A stretch of 64,000 nucleotides of DNA from Candidatus Latescibacterota bacterium. Its GTDB lineage: Bacteria; Latescibacterota; UBA2968; UBA8231. The stretch lies in the NCBI GenBank assembly GCA_965204725.1, contig OZ242005.1:4608001-4672000 (forward strand). Direction: 5' to 3'. The first letter of the stretch is position 1, and every line of letters begins with the position of its first letter. The notes beneath the pieces were generated by a model. It was not told where the DNA came from and searched no databases. It saw only the letters and a program-made list of their open reading frames with translations. Positions 1 to 8,432 of the stretch are shown here, in pieces. The position numbers and the translations under genes are program-made.

Positions 1-428
1 TCAAGTTGCTGACCGCCTTCCAGACGTTCTTCCGCGAACACTCCGAGCATTGGGTCAAGCGATTCCAGTATCAAGAGGCCGGTCCGCAGTTGCTGTTGCA
101 AGCGTTTTTACAACGAATCGTCAACAGCGGCGGGCGAATTGAGCGCGAGTATGGCTTGGGTCGCATGCGCACCGATCTGCTCATCGTCTGGCCGCAGGGC
201 GAGCGCACACGCCAGTTCGTGATCGAGTGCAAGGTTCTTCACAAGAGCTTGGAGCAGACCATCGCCGAGGGGTTGGCACAGACCGCCGAGTATATGGATC
301 GCTGCGATGCAGAGGCGGGTCATCTGGTGATTTTCGACCGGCGCGCAGGTCGGCGTTGGGACGACAAGGTGTTTCGGGATCGCCGCGTGTCGGATAGTGG
401 GACGGAGATCGACATCTGGGGCATGTGA
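1..428 (+). CDS. C-terminal PD-(D/E)XK nuclease-like part of an AAA-ATPase/nuclease protein (5' end outside window)
   Basis: EREYGLGRMRTDL...VIECK motif; highly similar to the C-terminus of 52962..54545. Confidence 0.8.
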   Translation, partial: KLLTAFQTFFREHSEHWVKRFQYQEAGPQLLLQAFLQRIVNSGGRIEREYGLGRMRTDLLIVWPQGERTRQFVIECKVLHKSLEQTIAEGLAQTAEYMDRCDAEAGHLVIFDRRAGRRWDDKVFRDRRVSDSGTEIDIWGM

Positions 429-568
429 GGATGGCGGTGGTCAGTGGCCCCTGCGTCACCACAAAGCGCAAAAAAAACCAACGGCCCGACTGCTTGGATC
501 GCGAGGCGCGGGAGACTCCTCACTCTTCACGGCAAAAGACGCGAGTTAGAAAATAACGCGATCGCCCC

Positions 569-668
569 TGTTAAACGCAGCCTTTAGCATGGCCCATCAA
601 GTGCTGTATATTAAACGCAGCCTTTAACAAGAAAAGGTTTTGCGTTCATGTTAAATATACCTTTAACA
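569..668. promoter_or_regulatory. Three palindromic operator-like boxes (TGTTAAA-N6/7-TTTAACA) at 40-bp period
   Basis: Boxes at 569-589, 609-629 and 649-668, directly upstream of the Fic ATG at 674. Confidence 0.65.
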
Positions 669-673
669 AAGCC

Positions 674-1840
674 ATGAAAGACCGTTTCAGGGCCGGTCAA
701 TACGTCTCCCAGCCAACCGGCTACCGGGCTTTCCTGCCGGCCGCGTTGCCGCCTGAGCCTCCCATCCGGTTCACCGAGGAACTGCAAGCTCTGCTGTCGG
801 AAGCGGCCCTTGCCTTGGGGCGTCTCGACGGATCGATCCAAACACTGCCCAATTCGGATTTATTCGTCTATATGTACGTCCGCAAAGAGGCGGTGCTATC
901 GAGTCAGATTGAGGGGACGCAAAGCTCGTTGCAGGATCTGTTGGCGGCTGAAGCGAGCCGGCTCAAGCCCCATCGCAACGACGTACATGAAGTGGTGAAC
1001 TATGTCCGCGCCATGAATCACGGCTTGGCAAGGCTGCCCGAGCTACCTGTTTCGATTCGCTTGATCCGCGAAATCCATGCGGAACTCCTCCAAGGGGCGC
1101 GAGGGTCTCATCTCAGGCCCGGCGAGTTGCGAACCAGCCAAAACTGGATTGGGCCGCCCGGCTGCACCTTGAACGAGGCCATCTTCGTCCCGCCGCCGCC
1201 TCACGAAGTGCCCGCCGCTTTGGGCAAATTGGAGACCTTTCTCCACAATCCGAACCGTCTTCCCCCGCTCGTCTGGATTGGACTGGCCCACGCCCAGTTT
1301 GAAACGATCCATCCCTTTCTCGACGGCAATGGCCGCGTTGGCCGGCTTCTCATCACCTTTCTGCTGTGCGAGCAAAAGGTGCTGCTCAAGCCGGTTCTTT
1401 ACCTCTCTCATTTTTTTAAGCAGCATCGACAAGCGTATTATGAGCACCTGCAATCGGTGCGCGATAAGGGGACTTGGGAAGAGTGGCTCGGCTTTTTCTT
1501 GCGCGGCGTCGTAGAAGTGAGCAACGAGGCAACGAACACGGCCCGAGCGATTCTCGCGCTCCGCGAAGAGCACCGCCATCTGATAACCGAGAACTTAGGC
1601 CGGGCCGCCGGCAATGGGCATCGCCTGCTGGAACATCTCTACGAACGCCCGATTGTGGCGGTGAGCGATGTGCAACGCTTGACCGGAACGACCTATCCTG
1701 CAGCGAACAATCTGGTCGCACGGATGGTCAATAACCGCATCCTGAGCGAATTCACCGGACAGACGCGCAACCGAATGTTTCAGTACCAGAGCTATATCGA
1801 CCTTTTTCACAAGGGCACAGAAATAGAAGGTTCGGAGTGA
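674..1840 (+). CDS. Fic family protein (class II) with C-terminal HTH
   Basis: HPFLDGNGRVGR Fic motif; N-terminal inhibitory SSQIEG; wHTH-like C-terminus. Confidence 0.92.
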   Translation: MKDRFRAGQYVSQPTGYRAFLPAALPPEPPIRFTEELQALLSEAALALGRLDGSIQTLPNSDLFVYMYVRKEAVLSSQIEGTQSSLQDLLAAEASRLKPHRNDVHEVVNYVRAMNHGLARLPELPVSIRLIREIHAELLQGARGSHLRPGELRTSQNWIGPPGCTLNEAIFVPPPPHEVPAALGKLETFLHNPNRLPPLVWIGLAHAQFETIHPFLDGNGRVGRLLITFLLCEQKVLLKPVLYLSHFFKQHRQAYYEHLQSVRDKGTWEEWLGFFLRGVVEVSNEATNTARAILALREEHRHLITENLGRAAGNGHRLLEHLYERPIVAVSDVQRLTGTTYPAANNLVARMVNNRILSEFTGQTRNRMFQYQSYIDLFHKGTEIEGSE

Positions 1841-1914
1841 GACGGGTTACTGTGGTACGCTGCTAGATATAGACCTAAGCCGACTGCGACTTCCAATCTC
1901 AACCCAATCCGCCC

Positions 1915-3111
1915 ATGCCTACTCCGCAACGCCAAGCGACGATCATCGTGCTCTTCAGTGCATTGACGGTCCTCGCCAGCATGGGGATTCGCCAATCGTT
2001 TGGTCTCTTTCTACAGCCGATTAGCGACAGCTTGGGCTTGGGGCGCGAAGTGTTCAGCTTGGCCATGGCACTGCAAAACTTGGTCTTCGGCCTACCTCTG
2101 TTCGGGATGGTCGCCGACCGCTATGGTACGCGGTGGGTCGTGTTGGGAGGCGCGTTGCTCTACGCGGCCGGGTGCTTGCTCGTGCCGGTTAGCAGCGGCC
2201 CGCTCGGCTTGTATCTGACACTCGGCCTCATCATCGGGCTGGGGCTTGGCAGCACGACGTATGTGGTCGTGCTGGGAGCCGTCGCCCGCGTCGTCCATCC
2301 TGCAAACCGCAGCACGGCGTTTGGAATCGTCACGGCGGCCGGGTCGTTTGGGACCTTTGCCTTAGTGCCCGGGGTGCAGTGGGCGATTGTCCACGCAGGC
2401 TGGCAGGGGTCCTTTGCGGTCAGTGCGGCCCTAATCGGCTGGGTCGTGCTTTTGGCCTTTGGCTTTCCGCGCCGGTCCAGTGCGACCACGGCCCGGTCGC
2501 CCGGCGAGGGTACGCTGCTGCAAGTGCTGGTGCGGGCGCGGGGCCATTCGGGCTATTGGTTGCTCAACGCGGGGTTCTTCGTCTGCGGTTTCCACGTCGC
2601 CTTCATCGCCACGCACCTGCCTTCGTTCCTCACCGACAACGGCCTGTCGCGCATGACCGGGGCCACGGCCTTGGCGCTGATTGGCCTGTGCAACATCTTC
2701 GGCTCATCTTTGTTTGGCTGGCTAGGCGACCGCTACCGCAAGAAATACCTGCTGAGTGCGCTCTACTTCAGCCGCGCCGCAGTGATCGGCTTGTTTCTCT
2801 TCGTCCCCCTGACCAGCTTTTCCGCCTTGCTCTTCGGTGGCCTAATCGGCTTCTTGTGGCTGGCCACCGTGCCGCTGACTAGCGGGACCGTGGCGCAGAT
2901 ATTCGGGGCGCGCTACCTGTCAACGCTGTACGGCATTGTCTTTTTCAGCCATCAGGCCGGCAGTTTCTTGGGCGTCTGGCTGGCTGGCCGGCTCTACGAC
3001 GCGACCGGGTCGTACGATCCGGTTTGGTGGCTAGCGATCGCCCTCGGCGTAGCGGCCGCGCTCATTCACCTGCCGATTGCCGACCGACCGCTCCAATCCT
3101 CAAACGCATAG
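1915..3111 (+). CDS. MFS transporter
   Basis: About 12 hydrophobic segments; motif-A loops GMVADRYGTR and GWLGDRYRKK. Confidence 0.9.
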   Translation: MPTPQRQATIIVLFSALTVLASMGIRQSFGLFLQPISDSLGLGREVFSLAMALQNLVFGLPLFGMVADRYGTRWVVLGGALLYAAGCLLVPVSSGPLGLYLTLGLIIGLGLGSTTYVVVLGAVARVVHPANRSTAFGIVTAAGSFGTFALVPGVQWAIVHAGWQGSFAVSAALIGWVVLLAFGFPRRSSATTARSPGEGTLLQVLVRARGHSGYWLLNAGFFVCGFHVAFIATHLPSFLTDNGLSRMTGATALALIGLCNIFGSSLFGWLGDRYRKKYLLSALYFSRAAVIGLFLFVPLTSFSALLFGGLIGFLWLATVPLTSGTVAQIFGARYLSTLYGIVFFSHQAGSFLGVWLAGRLYDATGSYDPVWWLAIALGVAAALIHLPIADRPLQSSNA

Positions 3112-3119
3112 AACGATGC

Positions 3120-3256
3120 CTTACTACACGACACCAGCGGCCGCCTTCCTAAAGGATCGAGGGCATCTTGCCCTCGTCGAGGGCGGGACGCCCTCGATCC
3201 CGGACGCAGCGGCAACACCAGAAAAGGCGTACTCAACGGAAGGGTCGCGTACTAAG
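3120..3256. mobile_element. MITE copy 1 with internal REP-like hairpins
   Basis: Ends CTTACTACACGACAC / GGGTCGCGTACTAAG; flanks GAACGATGC / GAACGACGC (8/9 match, TSD); homologous to 28134-28241 and 58286-58401. Confidence 0.8.
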
Positions 3257-3304
3257 GAACGACGCTGTGCCATGAGACGCCGCGGTTTTCTGCGCGGGGC
3301 GGTT

Positions 3305-4477
3305 TCAGCGGCTGGCTGGGTTGCGCCAAGGCAGGAATGCCAACAGACGCTCGCGGTGTGCCCGCACCTTTCGACCTTCATATATCACAAGCCCTAGATC
3401 GATCAGAGCCTTGATGTCGCGGTGCAGTGTGCGGCTCGTGACGGTTGCATAGGCGCGGCCTAAGTCTGCATCTAGTGTGGGAATATCGGCGATGCGGACT
3501 GGTGCCGCCGCGCGAGATAGGCTCAACGCTAGCGTCCGTTGGCGGCTCGCCGCAGAGCTTGAGACCGTGCGGAAGGTCTCGTGTACGTGGTTGACCCATG
3601 CGACATCCCACTGGTGCTCGCGAATTAGGTCGATTTGCTCGCCTAGGCCGTCCACCAAGCCCGCAACGGCATAGCTGATGAAGCGCACGACGCCGTCGTC
3701 TGTTTGGCGGGCGTGGTCTAACTGGCGGTAGTATTCCGACCGCGTTTGGTTGTAGTGGTTGCTCAATAGGTGGCAGGCCGGCTGCGGTAGGCCAGCCCCG
3801 ACTAGGATGTAAAACTCCAGCAATCGCGCCGTGCGGCCGTTGCCATCGCCAAAGGGATGGATCCAAGCCAGATAGAGGTGCGCGAAAATGGCCTTCAGGA
3901 TCGCATAGGCGATGGGGTTGTCCGCGGCGAGCGGAAATTGGTTCAACGTGTCGCACAGGCGATTTAGTAGAAAGGTGCAATCCCGATGCGGCGGGCATTT
4001 GTACCCCCCGACGCCTACCTCTGTGGTGCGGATTTCCCCGGGCGCGACATGGTCTTCGACTTCAAGGCCGTTTAGCACGGCTCGGTTCATCTGTTTGATG
4101 GTGGCGGTCGTAATTGGCTTGGTGTCGCTCGCGGCAACATCTTCGGTCAGTGCGTTACAGGCATTGACGATGTTTTCGATTTCTTGGCCGAGGTACTCCC
4201 GCGACGGCGGCAGTTTGAACGAGCCTGCCAGCAGCCCTGTGACCTCTTCTTCGGACAGCGTATTGCCCTCAATGGCTGTGGTAGCCAACGCGCCCTTTGC
4301 CAGATACAGCCGGTGAACGCTCTGCGCTACCTCCGGGGCCAACAGCGCCTGAGTGATGTGATCGCATTTTGCCGCTGCCGCTCCGAGTGCGACCCAAGTT
4401 TTGTGGTCTAAGCGCGATAGGTCGAGGGCGAAGGTGAGATAGGGATGGGACGCTTTGTATGGCCGCTTAGTTGTCAT
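3305..4477 (-). CDS. Fic family protein (class II) with C-terminal HTH
   Basis: HPFGDGNGRTAR; inhibitory TTAIEGN; C-terminal RTLHRDIKALID HTH. Confidence 0.9.
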   Translation of the reverse strand: MTTKRPYKASHPYLTFALDLSRLDHKTWVALGAAAAKCDHITQALLAPEVAQSVHRLYLAKGALATTAIEGNTLSEEEVTGLLAGSFKLPPSREYLGQEIENIVNACNALTEDVAASDTKPITTATIKQMNRAVLNGLEVEDHVAPGEIRTTEVGVGGYKCPPHRDCTFLLNRLCDTLNQFPLAADNPIAYAILKAIFAHLYLAWIHPFGDGNGRTARLLEFYILVGAGLPQPACHLLSNHYNQTRSEYYRQLDHARQTDDGVVRFISYAVAGLVDGLGEQIDLIREHQWDVAWVNHVHETFRTVSSSAASRQRTLALSLSRAAAPVRIADIPTLDADLGRAYATVTSRTLHRDIKALIDLGLVIYEGRKVRAHRERLLAFLPWRNPASR

Positions 4478-4633
4478 TAGTTTTTTTATTATAACTCCTT
4501 GTTATAAAATAAGTAATGAATTAATATATGATGGATTGGAGAAAGATATGTCATTGACTTTGACACGACGAATGACAAATTTTAGAAGCATAGTAAAGAT
4601 GAGTCAAGGTCGAATCATCAACTAGGAGCGTAA
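4478..4633. promoter_or_regulatory. AT-rich divergent promoter region (fic / dsr1-like) with palindromes
   Basis: TTATAAC-TCCTT-GTTATAA at 4489-4507; TGTCA-N7-TGACA at about 4549-4565; AGGAG RBS before 4634. Confidence 0.5.
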
Positions 4634-7600
4634 ATGCGATTTTTTGAAAATGGTCCGGCGATTCCAGATGAGCTGCTCCACGCCCGTGATGAGGGCCGGG
4701 TGGTTTTCTTCTGTGGGGCCGGGATCTCACAGGCTAAGGCAGGGCTGCCGGATTTCTTTGGTTTGGCAGAAAAAGTTATGGAGACGCTCGGGGTTCAAGC
4801 GGATAGCCCAGCCCGGAAGCTACTTGATGAAGCGCGTAATTTTGAGGCCCGAACCGGCGTTGCCGGTGTAATCCCGGCAGACCGGATATTCGGCCTACTT
4901 GAGCGCGAATTTTCTACGGACGTTATAGAATCGGCGGTGGCTTCCGCGCTGCGGCCGGGTGATGAACCGGATTTGACGGCCCATTGCATAATCCTCGACC
5001 TCGCAACCACTAGGGAAGGTTTGGTTCGTATCGTAACGACCAACTTTGATCGTCTGTTTGATAATTGTGGTCGCAGCCTTTCGTCGTGGCAACGACCTCG
5101 TTTGCCTAATCCGTCGCGGCCAAAAGACATGGACGGCATTGTCCATCTTCACGGCAAGGCTACCTCTGATTATCGAGGGGCTGAAGGCGATGGATTTATT
5201 CTGTCTAGTTCCCAATTTGGACAGGCGTATCTTTCGGAGGGGTGGGCGACTTCCTTCTTTCGAGAAATCATTGACAGGTACGTCGTTGTCTTCGTCGGCT
5301 ACGCGGCGGACGATCCTCCTGTTCACTATTTGTTAGAAGGACTAAACAAACAGATCAATGAACGCCAAGTCTATGCTTTTCAAGAGGGTGCTGCGGACGA
5401 TGCGGCCTCTAAATGGAACCATAGAGGGGTTCAGGCCATTTCCTATGCGGAAGATTCCGGCCACACTGCGCTTTGGGACACGTTAGAGGCATGGGCACAG
5501 AGGGCGCGAGATCCCGATAAATGGTATTCGGAGGTCATTAACAAAGCGAAGCAGGGTCCCCAAAGCCTTTTGCCGCATGAGCGCGGGCAAGTGGCTCATG
5601 TTGTTTCGACTGTTGAGGGGGTTAGAAATTTTTCGGAGGGAGAAGAACCGCCGCCGGCAGAGTGGCTGTGTGTTTTCGACAAGTACAGACGCTATGGTCA
5701 ACCGGGACGGTTAGGTGGCTGGTTTCGGGAGGGACCATACGTCGATCCATTTGATCTTTACCGCATCGACTCGGATGTGCCGCCAGACAAAGCCAGTCCT
5801 AAAGGCCATTCCTCTAAACGTAAGGTGCCAACCGACGCTTGGGATGCGTTTGCTCTGAACCGCGTCGATAGAGCTAACTTAAACGATGACAATTTTCCGT
5901 CGATAACAGGTCTTTGGGCATATAACGTGCCGCCCCTTCCTCCGCGGCTTCGCCAAATGGGTGCGTGGATTAGGGCTATCACTGGCGAGCCAGCGGCGGT
6001 TTGGTGGGCGGTACGACAAAACCCTCTTCATCCCGAGATTCGAGCCGAAATACGTCAGGCTCTTACAAGTTCACAACGGCCCATAAGTTCCGCTGTTCGT
6101 GAGGCTTGGTACTATCTGTTTGAATGTTGGGAACAAAGTAGAGATAGACACGCCGATTCGGGTGACTGGTATGGATTGATTTCAAAGGATGGCTGGAGCA
6201 GAAGCACTGTTCGTGCCTATGCTGCATGTTCCCGTCCCTACTTGTTGAAGGTAGAGCCACACTATGGGCAGCATCCCAAACCGCCCGAACCGCAGGACGA
6301 AATTCGTCGTAATGATCTTATTAGTTTGGAAGTAGCGTATCCAGATCACACTAAAGAAACCAACATTCCAGATGAATACATTGCTCCTGTTGTAGCGATA
6401 TTGCGTAAGAATCTCGAAATTGCGCTTGAGCTCGAGACCGAAATCGGCAGATACGGCCTTAGTCAGGTAAGCTCCATTGTTTCGGACAATGATACAGCCG
6501 AGAACCGTACACATGGACTATCTAGAGCCGTCATTAACTTTACATCTGTCTTTGAGCGTCTCATGCAAATCAACCTAAAAGCGGCAAGACGCGATTTTTC
6601 AAAATGGTTAGTTGAAGACGATACGATATTTGCAAGGCTGCGAATATGGGCGGCAGGCAAACCCGACTTAGTGTCGGATGATCAGTTTGGTCCCGTGCTT
6701 GCCGATGTGAGCGATAAAGCCTTTTGGGATGAGAGCCATGAGTGGGATTTGCTGCATACGCTATCGTCCCGGTGGAATGGACTGAGTAAAGATATTTGTG
6801 TCGAGATCGAAAAGCGGCTTTTGAAAGGATGTTCGCGCTGGCGAAAAGAAGAAGAAGAGGATTTTAAGAAACGACGTGATCGGTCAATACTAGCTCGGAT
6901 AATTTGGTTATCTCGAAAAGGATGCAAACTATGTTCCAATCTTGAAGAAGCAACAAATCGGCTTCGGGAATTGGTTCCAGAGTGGAATCCAGAAAATTCC
7001 GATGAAGTCGTAAGGTGTTGGGGAACTGAAGGCGGGATAGTGAGAACCGAAGACGATCATTCAGCATTACTGGACATACCTCTCGCTTCAGTACTATCAG
7101 AGGCATACCGTCGGAGCGAGAGACGAGATGATCCTTTCGTCGAATATAACCCTTTCGCCGGGTTATCGGCGGCCCGTCCTGTCAGAGCGTTTTCTGCTCT
7201 CAGGGTGGCGGCCAAGGAGGGAGATTTTCCAGACTGGGCATGGAACACCTTTCTGAATGCGGAGAAGCGAAAGACTGATAAACTCAGATTTGTCGTGTTG
7301 ATCGCCGAGCGGTTGGCCCGTTATCTGAATAACGGCGTGACGGTACTAGTCTGGCCAGCAGCAAGCTGGCTTGAGAACATGAGCGGCAGTTTCTCCGGCC
7401 AATATTCAGCAAGTTTTCGCCGAGTAACAGATGCGCTAATCAGAAGCTTGGCCGAAGAACCAGAAAGTGATGCTTCGGGAGTCTGGCAAGTCGGAGGAGT
7501 TCGGGACTGGGCGACGATTGCATTTAACGCCCCGGTCAGGAAGGTTGCACAAGCTCTACGTCCTTATCAGAAAACCGATCCCAGCGCATTTCTAAATTAC

Positions 7601-8422
7601 GCAGGTGAACTGCTGGCTTTGTCCGGTGGCCTACACCGGCATGCGCTGGCAATTTTCTCAGAGCGGATAGGTTGGTTTTACGAGACTAATTATGAGTGGT
7701 CGGAAAAGAATCTACTTTCGGTTCTCGACTCCAGCGACCTTCACGATAGGGACGCTTTTTGGAGCGGGTTTTTCTATGCATCAGTAAACCAAGAGCTGTT
7801 TATGCTCTTAAAGCCGCATTTACTCCAACTCGCAAGGGAGAATAGTGAGACTCATCGTAAGCACAGCCAAGGACTTTCAAGGATTATTTTAGACAGGTGG
7901 GGGAGCATTATTGAAGGAACGAGTGATCGTTGTATTTCCAATGAGGAATTCAGGGATGTGCTAGTGCAGGCGGATGATGAATTTCGATCTCACGTGTTAC
8001 GGCAGATGACGAATCTGTTATGCAATAAAAAACAAGAAACGAGAAACAAATGGACATCATGGTTGCCAGAGTTCTTAAGAGATGTATGGCCTCTTCATAG
8101 AAAGGCGAACTCGCCGGCAGCGTCGGCGTCCTTGTGCGACTTGGTGTTCTCCAATGAAGAGTTATTCCCGGAGTTGGTAGAGATAATTCTTCCGCTTCTT
8201 ACGAAGCTAGACGACCATGCTTGGCGATTGAATCAGACCCAAGCCTGCGCCCAAAAACACCCCCGTCACACGCTGGACCTCTTGTATGCAGTGCTGCCGG
8301 GCAACGTTTCAGGTTGGCCCTATGGCATCGGAGATATATTTGCGTCCATAAGCGAAGGCGAGCCTGCCCTAAGAACCGACGAGAAATTCCTCGAATTAAA
8401 GCGACGGTGGGACTCCCGATAA
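4634..8422 (+). CDS. dsr1: SIR2-domain anti-phage sirtuin, Dsr1-like (1262 aa)
   Basis: N-terminal SIR2 motifs FCGAGIS, TTNFD, HLHG, FVGY; start MRFFENGPAIPDELL and size resemble Dsr1; lower GC than flanks. Confidence 0.75.
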   Translation: MRFFENGPAIPDELLHARDEGRVVFFCGAGISQAKAGLPDFFGLAEKVMETLGVQADSPARKLLDEARNFEARTGVAGVIPADRIFGLLEREFSTDVIESAVASALRPGDEPDLTAHCIILDLATTREGLVRIVTTNFDRLFDNCGRSLSSWQRPRLPNPSRPKDMDGIVHLHGKATSDYRGAEGDGFILSSSQFGQAYLSEGWATSFFREIIDRYVVVFVGYAADDPPVHYLLEGLNKQINERQVYAFQEGAADDAASKWNHRGVQAISYAEDSGHTALWDTLEAWAQRARDPDKWYSEVINKAKQGPQSLLPHERGQVAHVVSTVEGVRNFSEGEEPPPAEWLCVFDKYRRYGQPGRLGGWFREGPYVDPFDLYRIDSDVPPDKASPKGHSSKRKVPTDAWDAFALNRVDRANLNDDNFPSITGLWAYNVPPLPPRLRQMGAWIRAITGEPAAVWWAVRQNPLHPEIRAEIRQALTSSQRPISSAVREAWYYLFECWEQSRDRHADSGDWYGLISKDGWSRSTVRAYAACSRPYLLKVEPHYGQHPKPPEPQDEIRRNDLISLEVAYPDHTKETNIPDEYIAPVVAILRKNLEIALELETEIGRYGLSQVSSIVSDNDTAENRTHGLSRAVINFTSVFERLMQINLKAARRDFSKWLVEDDTIFARLRIWAAGKPDLVSDDQFGPVLADVSDKAFWDESHEWDLLHTLSSRWNGLSKDICVEIEKRLLKGCSRWRKEEEEDFKKRRDRSILARIIWLSRKGCKLCSNLEEATNRLRELVPEWNPENSDEVVRCWGTEGGIVRTEDDHSALLDIPLASVLSEAYRRSERRDDPFVEYNPFAGLSAARPVRAFSALRVAAKEGDFPDWAWNTFLNAEKRKTDKLRFVVLIAERLARYLNNGVTVLVWPAASWLENMSGSFSGQYSASFRRVTDALIRSLAEEPESDASGVWQVGGVRDWATIAFNAPVRKVAQALRPYQKTDPSAFLNYAGELLALSGGLHRHALAIFSERIGWFYETNYEWSEKNLLSVLDSSDLHDRDAFWSGFFYASVNQELFMLLKPHLLQLARENSETHRKHSQGLSRIILDRWGSIIEGTSDRCISNEEFRDVLVQADDEFRSHVLRQMTNLLCNKKQETRNKWTSWLPEFLRDVWPLHRKANSPAASASLCDLVFSNEELFPELVEIILPLLTKLDDHAWRLNQTQACAQKHPRHTLDLLYAVLPGNVSGWPYGIGDIFASISEGEPALRTDEKFLELKRRWDSR

Positions 8423-8432
8423 CTCGGCAAGA

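Noticed and set aside
569-668. Mini-CRISPR array
   Set aside because: Only three degenerate 20-21 bp units with 19-bp spacers, no cas genes; position fits operators
3077-3397. 106-aa ORF and 85-aa antisense ORF
   Set aside because: They run through the MITE and overlap the Fic 3' end
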